The position numbers were made by a program, and so were the translations under genes. From an uncultured Acholeplasmatales bacterium (lineage in GTDB: Bacteria; Bacillota_I; Bacilli_A; Acholeplasmatales; Anaeroplasmataceae), in the NCBI GenBank assembly GCA_944324705.1, contig CALUXI010000005.1, forward strand, positions 7,288 to 71,287: DNA of 64,000 nucleotides, in the 5' to 3' direction. The notes beneath the pieces were generated by a model. That model saw nothing but the letters and a program-made list of their open reading frames with translations. It was not told the DNA's origin and made no database searches. Shown in pieces: positions 26,704-35,802 of this stretch (positions within the stretch are counted from its first letter, which is position 1; each line of letters opens with the position of its first letter).

Positions 26704-27123
26704 TTAATCTAACTCTAACTCCTTTAAAGTATATTCTTTTAACTTTTCAAATTCTCGAAGATAATCAGTCTCATCATGAATAAAATAGTCTTCTTTGTAA
26801 TTTAGGTTAAATTTATCACACATAGGAATAATAATTTCTTTTTCAAATTTATCTATTGCTTTTCGAATATATTTACAAATAGTTTCTAAGCAATCAAAAC
26901 TTTGCTTATAATAAAGCGTATCCATGTTCTTAAAATCAAAATATAGCGTTAATGTTGATCTAGTTATTTCACTAGTGCTAATATCTTGATATATATCTAT
27001 TTCAAAAAATGGTAAATCTTTATTACTAAATCTATATTCTCTTTCCTCATCACTATAGGGAATATTATTTTTTAGCAAATAGAACCCACGTTGATATAAA
27101 TAATAAGCTACTTCATTAATCAT
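26704..27123 (-). CDS. hypothetical phage protein (139 aa)
   Basis: Start/stop overlaps with neighbouring genes. Confidence 0.4.
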   Translation of the reverse strand: MINEVAYYLYQRGFYLLKNNIPYSDEEREYRFSNKDLPFFEIDIYQDISTSEITRSTLTLYFDFKNMDTLYYKQSFDCLETICKYIRKAIDKFEKEIIIPMCDKFNLNYKEDYFIHDETDYLREFEKLKEYTLKELELD

Positions 27124-27496
27124 TTTCTTGTGCCTCCTTTAATTTTTCTAAGATTGGACCTAAAACAGCTCTAAATTCTTCATCACTTAATGGTTCAACT
27201 CTATAAGCGTGGTCTTTAATGAATTTCAAAAAGTTTTCAATACGCTCTATATAGTTAAGATTTGCTTCTTTATCTTTTAGCCACGAAGAATGAGCAGTAT
27301 TTAGCCACACTTTAAAATCAACACAGATGTGATGTTTATTTGGGTATTCTTCGTTCATAAAACCTAATTCACCATAATCAGTAACTTTCATTAGAGCATT
27401 AGAACATAATAGATCTAAAAACTCTACTGCTTCGATAATATCTTCTTTACTCATTTTATCTATATCAAGATGAGCTGGTTTTATTTTTTCAGTCAT
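27116..27496 (-). CDS. hypothetical phage protein (126 aa)
   Basis: Start/stop overlaps with neighbouring genes. Confidence 0.4.
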   Translation of the reverse strand: MTEKIKPAHLDIDKMSKEDIIEAVEFLDLLCSNALMKVTDYGELGFMNEEYPNKHHICVDFKVWLNTAHSSWLKDKEANLNYIERIENFLKFIKDHAYRVEPLSDEEFRAVLGPILEKLKEAQEND

Positions 27497-27935
27497 ATAG
27501 CACCTTATCTAATTCCCTTTCTAAATTGTCTAAATCATATTTAAGCCTATTTAATTTATTCTTTTTGTATTTCCATTTTTGATTAAACTTATAACTGTTG
27601 TCAAAAGGTATGCCAAGTTTAAGTAAATTTTCTTCTACTTTATCGAATACAGATTTCATTATTTCTAAATCTTTCTTTACAACATCATCTATATTGACTA
27701 ATTCAAGCCAACATAACCCCAATTTACCATTGATATTAAAATCAGCTTTTGAGCTTTGATAAACAATTAAAACATCATATTCTCTATCATAGTAAGTATT
27801 TGCAGTGAATTTAAATTCTGTATAATCATAAGTGTTATTTTCAAGTTTTTGTTTATCATAGCCTAACATATAAAACTCATAATTAATTTTATTTCTAAAA
27901 TCATTTAGTTTCTTTAATACTTCTTCTTTATTCAT
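27489..27935 (-). CDS. hypothetical phage protein (148 aa)
   Basis: Start/stop overlaps with neighbouring genes. Confidence 0.4.
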   Translation of the reverse strand: MNKEEVLKKLNDFRNKINYEFYMLGYDKQKLENNTYDYTEFKFTANTYYDREYDVLIVYQSSKADFNINGKLGLCWLELVNIDDVVKKDLEIMKSVFDKVEENLLKLGIPFDNSYKFNQKWKYKKNKLNRLKYDLDNLERELDKVLYD

Positions 27936-27945
27936 TTAGTTTCTC

Positions 27946-28161
27946 CTAATAATCAAATAGTGTTGGTGCTTCTTTTTTAGCTTTTCTAGGCTTATATGTG
28001 TGTCCAAAGTTAAATACATCGATTTCATTAAATTCAAACATTTTACATTTATTTGGTCTACAAGCATTTTGTTTATTCATAACGATATTTAATTTATTAC
28101 AAGCACACATATCTTCTTCAACTTGAGTTGCATAACAACAATATCTACAATATTGTTTCAT
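27946..28161 (-). CDS. Cys-rich small protein (zinc-finger-like)
   Basis: CRYCCY..CAC..C..C pattern in 71 aa. Confidence 0.4.
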   Translation of the reverse strand: MKQYCRYCCYATQVEEDMCACNKLNIVMNKQNACRPNKCKMFEFNEIDVFNFGHTYKPRKAKKEAPTLFDY

Positions 28162-28476
28162 TTATTCATTCATATCCTCTATTTCTACAAAATTAAAATC
28201 GACTATTTTAAATTCCATATTTTTATCACAACAAAATATGCTACTTATCCAAACGGTATTATCTCTATTTAATTTTTTTATTTCCTTACCTTTATAGTTT
28301 TGCAAAATTAAATTGTGATTATCATAATAAATTCGTTGAAATTTATAATATGTTTTAGAAGCGTGTGTTCCATAATTTTCACATAGAAAAATTTTAAACC
28401 ATACTTTATGATTATAATAGTCTAAAATTTTATGCTTTTTTTTGAAAAATTTATTAACTATTTCAAATGGTGTCAT
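28162..28476 (-). CDS. hypothetical phage protein (104 aa)
   Basis: ORF whose start shares an ATGA overlap with an upstream small ORF. Confidence 0.4.
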   Translation of the reverse strand: MTPFEIVNKFFKKKHKILDYYNHKVWFKIFLCENYGTHASKTYYKFQRIYYDNHNLILQNYKGKEIKKLNRDNTVWISSIFCCDKNMEFKIVDFNFVEIEDMNE

Positions 28477-28716
28477 TCCGTTTTATCCTCCTTGAGCCAC
28501 CACGTTTTCTTGTAATCTTTTAATTTATAGGTGCCATCAAATGCAAAATCTCCAGCATCATCTAAATATAATGATATTGATATTTGTTTTTGTTTTTTAC
28601 CTCTAAACCTCTCATTTTTTTAATTTTAAGCCAAGTTTATACTTAGCCCTATATATTTATACGTTTTAACCTCTTTCGTGGCTCTACGTGGCTAAAACAA
28701 GCCTAAAATCAAATGT

Positions 28717-29106
28717 TTATAAGTTGCTATCAAATAAAGTCGGTTCGTTTAGTGCCATTTGATACTTTTGTTCTATTAACTTAGTTCTTTTGGCGTATTT
28801 AGCTAAATAGGCTTTGCGCCTTGCTATGTATTCCCTATAGTCCTCAAGACTTGCTATTTTATAACCAGTTTTATTTGATACTATGATGTGCTGTGTTGGA
28901 TCTAAGTTTGTATTTAATAACTCAACATCAGCTTCAATTTCTCTTAAATACCTTGTTGATTTATCATTCACGTTATAATAAGTCGGCAAGGCTCTTGCTA
29001 TTTGCTCTTTGGTTATATACTTGTTGTGTAACTCGATATCTTGGTAACACTCCATTAAAAAGTCATATAGCCTCCAGCTTCTTATTGTTGAACTTTCACA
29101 TTTCAA
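28717..29106 (-). CDS. hypothetical phage protein (129 aa)
   Basis: ORF in the early operon. Confidence 0.4.
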   Translation of the reverse strand: MKCESSTIRSWRLYDFLMECYQDIELHNKYITKEQIARALPTYYNVNDKSTRYLREIEADVELLNTNLDPTQHIIVSNKTGYKIASLEDYREYIARRKAYLAKYAKRTKLIEQKYQMALNEPTLFDSNL

Positions 29107-29121
29107 ATTTTTAACCCCCCT

Positions 29122-29355
29122 TTATGTATAAAGCCCGCTAGCAAACTTCGCTTGTTTACTAAGCTTTAATTTTTTGGGTCTTTTAGTCCCTATCACATCA
29201 ATGTATATTAAACGTTCATCATCTAGTCTATTTAAATTTGTTTCATCAATAAACAGTCTTACTTTCCTAACCATATGCGAGCCATCTATGCAAACGTGTA
29301 AAAAAGTTAAATTACAAAGCTTGTTTAAATAACTGCTTTTATCTTGTATTTTCAT
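29122..29355 (-). CDS. hypothetical phage protein (77 aa from the ATG at 29355)
   Basis: ATGA overlap with the upstream stop supports the internal start. Confidence 0.35.
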   Translation of the reverse strand: MKIQDKSSYLNKLCNLTFLHVCIDGSHMVRKVRLFIDETNLNRLDDERLIYIDVIGTKRPKKLKLSKQAKFASGLYT

Positions 29356-29519
29356 TTTTCTACAACATCCCCATTTTTGTAAATGCGGTATGTGCATAAA
29401 TCGCCCCAACGCTCACATTGCACCTCTAGGCATTCCCCAAAGTTATAAACCGCAATTAATTTGCTGTAAGTAATACCAGCTTTCTCAATTCTTTTTTTAA
29501 TTTCCTTAGTTATTTTCAT
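29352..29519 (-). CDS. hypothetical phage protein (55 aa from the ATG at 29519)
   Basis: Short ORF overlapping the end of the replisome organizer gene. Confidence 0.3.
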   Translation of the reverse strand: MKITKEIKKRIEKAGITYSKLIAVYNFGECLEVQCERWGDLCTYRIYKNGDVVEK

Positions 29520-30309
29520 TTTTAAATCCCTCCATAATTTCATTCATACCATCAACTTGCCAATCTTCTAAATCAATGTCTGATTTATTAGATTTAGCTT
29601 TTAAATAATTTTCATTCCAAATCCTAGCAATTGCTTTCCAGTCATTAATTTTATCTTTACCTACCATCCATCCATTTGAACTATAATGGTTATAAAATTT
29701 TACTGGGTCTATTTGCATTTCTTCTTCTTCGATAAATTTTCTTATTTCTTCTAAAGTTGGGATTGTTTCCTCATACTCCTTCTTTGAAGAAGAAGGATTC
29801 TTATATTCTTCTTCTATTTCTTTATTCTTATTTCTAGGAGCGTTACTTAACGTTTCTGTAGCGTTACTTGTAACGTTACATTCAAGCATTTTTTGCTTAT
29901 CTCGATACTTTTGAACACGTTTTTTTGTTTGTTCTCTAACATCGTCTAATGATTTAATTGACTGATATTTAGTCCAATTAGCCAAACAATAAACATTGTC
30001 TATAATTTCAATCATTTTATTTTTTTGAAACCAAGCAATAGCACATTTAACTTCTTCTGGTTCTCTATCAATCATCACAGCTATATCTTGATATTGATTT
30101 TCTAAATCAAATGGCAATTCTAAATTTTGGCTATCTACTAGCTTACCATCATCATTTGTTTTACCAGCCAAATCTAGAAGCTCAAACCAAATAGCAGTTA
30201 ATCTATCTCGGTAACTTGTTCCATCCGCTAATTTAGCTCTTTTAATTCTTTTAAAACTAGCACCATCAAATGTGCCAACCTTAAACTTTATCCATTTAAC
30301 TTCACTCAT
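29506..30309 (-). CDS. phage replisome organizer (N-terminal domain) with a DnaD-like C-terminus
   Basis: N-terminus VKWIKFKVGTFDGASFKRIKR..RDRLTAIWFELLDLAGK, typical of the replisome-organizer N-domain. C-terminal FYNHYSSNGWMVGKDKINDWKA. Confidence 0.7.
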   Translation of the reverse strand: MSEVKWIKFKVGTFDGASFKRIKRAKLADGTSYRDRLTAIWFELLDLAGKTNDDGKLVDSQNLELPFDLENQYQDIAVMIDREPEEVKCAIAWFQKNKMIEIIDNVYCLANWTKYQSIKSLDDVREQTKKRVQKYRDKQKMLECNVTSNATETLSNAPRNKNKEIEEEYKNPSSSKKEYEETIPTLEEIRKFIEEEEMQIDPVKFYNHYSSNGWMVGKDKINDWKAIARIWNENYLKAKSNKSDIDLEDWQVDGMNEIMEGFKNENN

Positions 30310-30980
30310 TATTTAAAACCACCTTTTTTCAAGCAAACCCTAGTTGGAATCCTAGTTGTTGAATAAACTAGAGATTGCATTTGTAGTTCATCTGATAACG
30401 CATCAGATAGATGCATTAAAAATATCTCATTACATTTATTTAAGTTCATATTTTTTAAATAAGTAATACATCCATTAAGCGATAAATGCGTATTTTTTTG
30501 TCGCCTAATTTTAGACCAATCTTCTATTTTTTCTAACAATTCATCAGAATAATTACACTCTATCATTATTTTATTAAATGGCGTTGTTAAAATCTTTTTT
30601 AAATCTTCTTTGTTAATAAAATTAATAAAGTCAGTAGCAAATAATAATCTCTCGTTATCTATGTTAAAAGTATAAGCATTACATTTGGCGTTGCCGTGAT
30701 TTACTGGTATAGCATTAACTAATATATCACCCGCTAAATAATCACTTTCTATTACTTTTACACCCCTTTTAATTAGGTCTTTTTTACTTAAAGCGTGGTC
30801 TTTATGATCGTGTGATATGGTGCAAAAACTAATATCATTTAAAGTTAAATTAAGCTCTAACAACTTTTTAACTATTAAATTAATACCAATGCCACACTCC
30901 AGCAAAACATTAATTCTATTGTTAAATCTAGCAAGGTAGCAGTTTCCAGAACTGCTACTTGCAAAGTTATAAATTTTCAT
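30309..30980 (-). CDS. MBL-fold metallo-hydrolase
   Basis: HDHKDH motif; usual partner of RecT modules. Confidence 0.65.
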   Translation of the reverse strand: MKIYNFASSSSGNCYLARFNNRINVLLECGIGINLIVKKLLELNLTLNDISFCTISHDHKDHALSKKDLIKRGVKVIESDYLAGDILVNAIPVNHGNAKCNAYTFNIDNERLLFATDFINFINKEDLKKILTTPFNKIMIECNYSDELLEKIEDWSKIRRQKNTHLSLNGCITYLKNMNLNKCNEIFLMHLSDALSDELQMQSLVYSTTRIPTRVCLKKGGFK

Positions 30981-30988
30981 AAAAACTC

Positions 30989-31945
30989 CTAAAAGTTATT
31001 AAATACATCATCGTTGTTTTCTTGATTGTAATTTTTAATAAAGTCATCAACATTAACTTTATTATTTGGTTCTTCTTTAACATCAGCTAACGCTTCTTTT
31101 ATTTGGGCTTGTTGCTCCTGAGTGATAGCCTTAATGTCAGTGTCCTTATACTCGGCATCCATATAATGCCTATTATTTAGGCTATCGCCGTAAGTTTCAT
31201 CTGCAGTATATGCATCACGCATTTCAATAGACATAACGCCCCACTTGCTTATTATTTGCCTTAAAAGTGTTTTAAAAGACATGTCGTCGAACGAGCGGTA
31301 CCAGAATGAACTATATTTCCACATATCTTTATCACTAACTTTGCCATCTTTAATTTGTTGATAAGCCGATGCGCTAAATGCTTGAGAATATGTGTCAGCG
31401 TGTTTTAACATCTTTTCTTTAGACCAATATAATGTCTTTTCAAAACCTGATGTTAACTTAATGTAGGCATAGTAGCCTACTACTTCTTTACTTAACCTTT
31501 CTTTATCATCCTCAATAAACTCTATTTTTGCTTCACCAGTTAATCTATCAAGCCCTTTATATTCTCCTTCACGTACTTCAATTACGTTTATAGCTTTATA
31601 CTGACCACTTCTAATTGCTAGTTGAACATACCCTTTATAACCTAGAATAAACTGAGCTTGACTAGTTCCAGTTTTCTTGTTCTTAAATGGTACTAAATAA
31701 TAGTGTCCTAATTGTGGTGATGGGCTTAGATTTAAAGCTTCGCCTATTAAAGCACCAGTTAATACTGAACTAGGTTCACATTCCTTTAATGCTGGATTAA
31801 CAGATACTGCACTGATAATTGATGCTGTAAATCTTTGGCACTTCACAGTATCTTGCAATGTGTTTTTTATTGCTGTTTGACTTGCTTTTGAATTTATAAA
31901 AGCACTAAAACTTTCTTTTTTAACTACTTGATTATTGTTTTGCAT
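30989..31945 (-). CDS. recT: RecT-family single-strand annealing recombinase
   Basis: 318 aa with GYKGYVQLAIRSGQYK-type core motifs. Confidence 0.75.
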   Translation of the reverse strand: MQNNNQVVKKESFSAFINSKASQTAIKNTLQDTVKCQRFTASIISAVSVNPALKECEPSSVLTGALIGEALNLSPSPQLGHYYLVPFKNKKTGTSQAQFILGYKGYVQLAIRSGQYKAINVIEVREGEYKGLDRLTGEAKIEFIEDDKERLSKEVVGYYAYIKLTSGFEKTLYWSKEKMLKHADTYSQAFSASAYQQIKDGKVSDKDMWKYSSFWYRSFDDMSFKTLLRQIISKWGVMSIEMRDAYTADETYGDSLNNRHYMDAEYKDTDIKAITQEQQAQIKEALADVKEEPNNKVNVDDFIKNYNQENNDDVFNNF

Positions 31946-31957
31946 TTTCTTACTCCT

Positions 31958-32128
31958 TTAAATCACTAATACACTATTTACATCTTTTAAACTTTTGTAA
32001 TAATTAACTATCACATCTAAATCGTTAAACTTACAAATTCTATAAAGTAATCTATCTTCTGTTTTATCAAATACTAAGTAGTATTTGTCCTCAGCTTTGG
32101 TGCTTATTAAAATATCTCTTTTAACCAT
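31958..32128 (-). CDS. unlisted 56-aa phage ORF
   Basis: ATG lies 6 nt after AAGGAG and fills the gap between the ATPase and recT. Product begins MVKRDILISTKAEDKYYLVFDK... Confidence 0.5.
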   Translation of the reverse strand: MVKRDILISTKAEDKYYLVFDKTEDRLLYRICKFNDLDVIVNYYKSLKDVNSVLVI

Positions 32129-32131
32129 AAT

Positions 32132-34078
32132 TTACTCCTTAACTAACTCTAATATATTTTTATTACTTACTACACGAGTAGCTATAATTTGGCTACCCAT
32201 ATTAACTATTTTATTTAAGCTGTTAGAACCTAAACTTTCGGCGTTATCTATTAAAATTGGCATATCTTTAACATTTGTTAACTCTTTAATTTTAGTTATA
32301 AATAAAGCCCCTAAATACTCTTTTAAGCCCCTATTTAATTGGTTGTAGGCTTTGCCATCTAATACCGGATAACATACTTCTTCAAGTCCTCCGTTAACTT
32401 GTTCTTTTAACATTTCAAACTCGATGCCAAAAGTTGAATAGGCTTTATCATTTATAGCTTTAATTCTTGTTTTAATATATTCATCGCATAATGTATAACT
32501 ACTTTCAGCATCATTTAACTGGCTTATTAATTCTTGTTTTTCTTTATCAGTTTTCTTATAAAGTTTTAAGTTATATTTAGCTTGCATTATTGGCTCTAAC
32601 TCTTTATTGATTTGGGCTAAATCATTAGCGTATTTAGTCTCAATTTCAACCTCTAAATTATTATGTTTTTCTTCTAACTTGTTTAATTCTTCTTTTAAAC
32701 TTAAATATATGTTTTTTAATGTGTTTGTGTCTTCGCTAATAGGGTTAAAAGGTTCGCCCTTAACTTTATCAAGGTTAGCCTCTTTTTTACTTAAATCGGC
32801 TTTTAAATCGCTTAAATCACTATTAGCACCATCTATTAATTCTAATAACTCATTTTTATCATTTGCCAATTTTTTAGTATCTTCTATTAAACTAGCTTTT
32901 TGATTATTTAAATTTGTTATTTTAGCTTTTAAATTATAAATTTTTTCTTGCTGTTTTTCCTCGTTTAAAATGTAGCCACAATTTGGGCATTTATCTGGGT
33001 TATTAATTACTTCAGCAAGTTCAAGTTGTAATTTTTCTAACTCATTAACTAAACTTTCATTTTTAGTTTTATTAAATTTGCCCTTCTCATTAATAATCTT
33101 TAATTTGTTTTCGTAATCTTTTAAAACAATCTCGCAACTATGCAATTTTTCTTTACTACCACTTACCAGCTCCATAGCCTCATTTAACTTAATATTTTGG
33201 TTAGCTTGGTAATCATTAGTTTTACTATTTAAATAAGCTCTTTCAGCCTCAATTACTTTCTTTTGTAATTCTATTAAATCAGCATTACTTCCGCTTAAAT
33301 CGCCTTGTTTTAAAGCCTCTATACTTGTTTTTCTAACCTCAAACTCTTTTAATTTATCTTCATCAAAATTAATGTCTAAACCCTCTAAAATACCCTGTTT
33401 AACATCAATTTGTTTTTGTAAATCTAAAATAATAGCTTTGTAATTTTTACGTGCTAAATCTAATCGACCATCATATTTAAATACATCATCTTTTAAGCTG
33501 TTAAATTCTGGATGTTCTCTAGCTAAATCCTCAAAGCTAATATCACCAGTAAAATATATTACTAGTTCTCTTAATAGCTTATAATCAATCTTAGCAAACG
33601 CATAAAATACATCAGTTATTAAAGCTATAGCATTAAACTTACTATCATTAACTTTAATATCTTTTAACTTATCTAAATTAAAAGCTACATTTAAAGCACT
33701 ATCAAATTCAGATATATTTTTACATTTAACACCATTAAAATAATAATCAGTGGTTCTACCCTTAAATACTTCCTCATTTGTTCCCCTAGTTTTTTGGTAA
33801 ACGTTGTAGAACTTAAATCCAAACTCCTGACCTAAATCAGTTGTTAAATTAACACTAGCTATAGCACGTTCATTGTCGATCGGAATCAAACTAGTGAACT
33901 CACTCTCATTTTTGCCTTGGTCGCTAAATATTCTTTTAGCTAACAAATAACTAATAGCGTTTAATGTGTTAGTTTTACCAACCCCATTATCAGCCTCAAA
34001 CACGTTTAATTTTGGTGCTAAATCGTAGGTGACGTGTTTGATATTACCCACGTTTTCAATTTCTAATTTTTGAATCAT
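32132..34078 (-). CDS. SbcC/RecF-like AAA ATPase with a long coiled-coil
   Basis: N-terminal Walker A (ADNGVGKTN), a central CxxC within the coiled-coil, and C-terminal signature/Walker B-like motifs. Confidence 0.6.
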   Translation of the reverse strand: MIQKLEIENVGNIKHVTYDLAPKLNVFEADNGVGKTNTLNAISYLLAKRIFSDQGKNESEFTSLIPIDNERAIASVNLTTDLGQEFGFKFYNVYQKTRGTNEEVFKGRTTDYYFNGVKCKNISEFDSALNVAFNLDKLKDIKVNDSKFNAIALITDVFYAFAKIDYKLLRELVIYFTGDISFEDLAREHPEFNSLKDDVFKYDGRLDLARKNYKAIILDLQKQIDVKQGILEGLDINFDEDKLKEFEVRKTSIEALKQGDLSGSNADLIELQKKVIEAERAYLNSKTNDYQANQNIKLNEAMELVSGSKEKLHSCEIVLKDYENKLKIINEKGKFNKTKNESLVNELEKLQLELAEVINNPDKCPNCGYILNEEKQQEKIYNLKAKITNLNNQKASLIEDTKKLANDKNELLELIDGANSDLSDLKADLSKKEANLDKVKGEPFNPISEDTNTLKNIYLSLKEELNKLEEKHNNLEVEIETKYANDLAQINKELEPIMQAKYNLKLYKKTDKEKQELISQLNDAESSYTLCDEYIKTRIKAINDKAYSTFGIEFEMLKEQVNGGLEEVCYPVLDGKAYNQLNRGLKEYLGALFITKIKELTNVKDMPILIDNAESLGSNSLNKIVNMGSQIIATRVVSNKNILELVKE

Positions 34079-34340
34079 CTTTTTTACACTCCTTCAATAT
34101 TTCATTTACTTTTTTAACAAGTTCTTTTTTATCAACATTGTAGAACTTTAGCACATTATCTAAATCAACCTTAGTTTTATCATAAGGACAAATTAGCGAC
34201 TCGTCTTTACTGATGACCTCCCTAATTCTAGGAATGGCATTAGTATTAACGCCAAGTGCTATTCTTAAATCTTTATAATTCACGTATGGTTTTTTTAAGA
34301 TAACTGCCAACTTTCTTGCTTTTGCTCGATCTATCTTCAT
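34056..34340 (-). CDS. hypothetical early protein (94 aa)
   Basis: ORF downstream of operator copy 2. Confidence 0.35.
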   Translation of the reverse strand: MKIDRAKARKLAVILKKPYVNYKDLRIALGVNTNAIPRIREVISKDESLICPYDKTKVDLDNVLKFYNVDKKELVKKVNEILKECKKDDSKIRN

Positions 34341-34372
34341 TTTACCTCCAATATTTTTATTTTTTAAAACTC

Positions 34373-34391
34373 TGTATTAATATTTAAAACA
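34373..34391. promoter_or_regulatory. operator copy 2 (TGTATTAATATTTAAAACA)
   Basis: 18/19 identical to the perfect palindrome at 34836-34854. Confidence 0.5.
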
Positions 34392-34397
34392 AAATAT

Positions 34398-34601
34398 TTA
34401 AAAAAACACTTCCTCAAACGTGATATTTATATTTAACTTATTTTTTAAAACATCATATGCCTTCTTCATTTCAGTCAATGTAAAATCATTTTTCCCACTT
34501 TCTTTTAAGGAGTAAGTTATCTTACTTATCCCCAAAGCTTCAGCCATATCTTTTTGAGTATAGCCAGCCATAACTCTGTAGCCTTTTAGTTTATTTGGCA
34601 T
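34398..34601 (-). CDS. XRE-family HTH protein (Cro-like or Aca-like)
   Basis: YTQKDMAEALGISKITYSLKESG helix-turn-helix. Confidence 0.65.
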   Translation of the reverse strand: MPNKLKGYRVMAGYTQKDMAEALGISKITYSLKESGKNDFTLTEMKKAYDVLKNKLNINITFEEVFF

Positions 34602-34805
34602 CTATTTCACCTCCAACATTTTCTTGTTTAACACCATAAAGTGCGTTAACTGATAATTAAGTTCATCAATGTCTTGATTTATATCTCTTAGTTCACTATC
34701 TTCTACTAAGTCATCCGCCCAGTCGGTCAGTAAATTACTTTTTACGTAATTTAATCTATGAACTAAGTCCAATAAATCATCCATTCTTAAAGCCCTATAC
34801 TTCAT
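34602..34805 (-). CDS. small acidic protein, first gene of the early operon
   Basis: 67 aa with 14 Asp/Glu against 9 Lys/Arg; no family recognised. Confidence 0.4.
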   Translation of the reverse strand: MKYRALRMDDLLDLVHRLNYVKSNLLTDWADDLVEDSELRDINQDIDELNYQLTHFMVLNKKMLEVK

Positions 34806-34835
34806 CTTTTCCTCCTTGTTTATTAATTTAAAACT

Positions 34836-34854
34836 TGTATTAATATTTAATACA
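34836..34854. promoter_or_regulatory. operator copy 1 (perfect 19-bp palindrome TGTATTAA-TAT-TTAATACA)
   Basis: Lies in the divergent intergenic region between the repressor gene and the early operon. Confidence 0.55.
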
Positions 34855-34977
34855 CCTACATTATACTTATTTTGTTTTAAAAATCAATACATTAGTTTTA
34901 ATTTTTTTAACATTTGTTTAAAATTGTTTTAATTTTTAAAAAAGCTATTATAATAATGTTAGGAGGTTTAAAACATC

Positions 34978-35304
34978 ATGAATAAAAACAGATTAAAACA
35001 ACTAAGACAAGAGAGAAAATTAACATTAAGGGAACTAGCTGAAAAAGTAAATATATCTTTTCCAAATTTAAATGCTATGGAAAATGGTAAAATAGGAATA
35101 TCAAACGAAAATATTGATACTTTTTGCGATTTTTATAATGTTAGTGCTGACTATTTGTTAGGGCGTTCAAATTATAGATATACAAATGATAAATCTAATA
35201 TATCCTTCGCATTGGGTGGTTTGGAGGATGAACTAACGGATAAAGACAAAGAGATGATTTTAAATTTAGCCCAGTCATTAGCTGACAAAAACAAAGATGA
35301 ATAG
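34978..35304 (+). CDS. CI-like XRE-family repressor
   Basis: LTLRELAEKVNISFPNLNAMENG HTH; transcribed divergently from the early operon. Confidence 0.7.
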   Translation: MNKNRLKQLRQERKLTLRELAEKVNISFPNLNAMENGKIGISNENIDTFCDFYNVSADYLLGRSNYRYTNDKSNISFALGGLEDELTDKDKEMILNLAQSLADKNKDE

Positions 35305-35359
35305 AAACCTAAACTTTTTTTATTTTAAGGTTTAATTAAAAACAACGGGGAGGGACAAC

Positions 35360-35800
35360 ATGACAGAACTTGAAGAACTAGAACAATATTTATGTAATAA
35401 TAAAATTGATTACTTTGAAAAAGATCTAAGCGAAACCTCTTTTGAATCAGTAATTATTAAAGCTTTTGAAAAAGTTGGTATATTCGTAAATAAAGAACTT
35501 CCTACAAACGAGAAAATTCATTATATCAAACACGAGCTTGCTCATTACAACACTTCTTCTTTTTATGGTTTTAACACCAGCAACAAGCGCATTAACAAGC
35601 AAGAAACAAAAGCAATTAACTATATGTGTAAGAACTATTTACCTTTAGACAAAATAAAAGAGCTATTTTGTATGGAATACGAACCTTACGAAATAGCCGA
35701 GATTTTAAATATAAGTGAGTTATCTATTAACGATGCTATTAAGTATATGTATAGAAAGGGAATACTTAAAATTTATAGTTTTAGCGAAACGGAGGATTAA
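35360..35800 (+). CDS. ImmA/IrrE-like metallopeptidase (anti-repressor protease)
   Basis: HELAH zinc motif (IKHELAHY); lies directly after the repressor gene. Confidence 0.5.
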   Translation: MTELEELEQYLCNNKIDYFEKDLSETSFESVIIKAFEKVGIFVNKELPTNEKIHYIKHELAHYNTSSFYGFNTSNKRINKQETKAINYMCKNYLPLDKIKELFCMEYEPYEIAEILNISELSINDAIKYMYRKGILKIYSFSETED

Positions 35801-35802
35801 AA

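Noticed and set aside
28893-29114. 73-aa plus-strand ORF
   Set aside because: Antisense to the 129-aa early gene.
32085-32903. Two plus-strand ORFs (32085-32348, 32607-32903)
   Set aside because: Antisense within the AAA ATPase gene.
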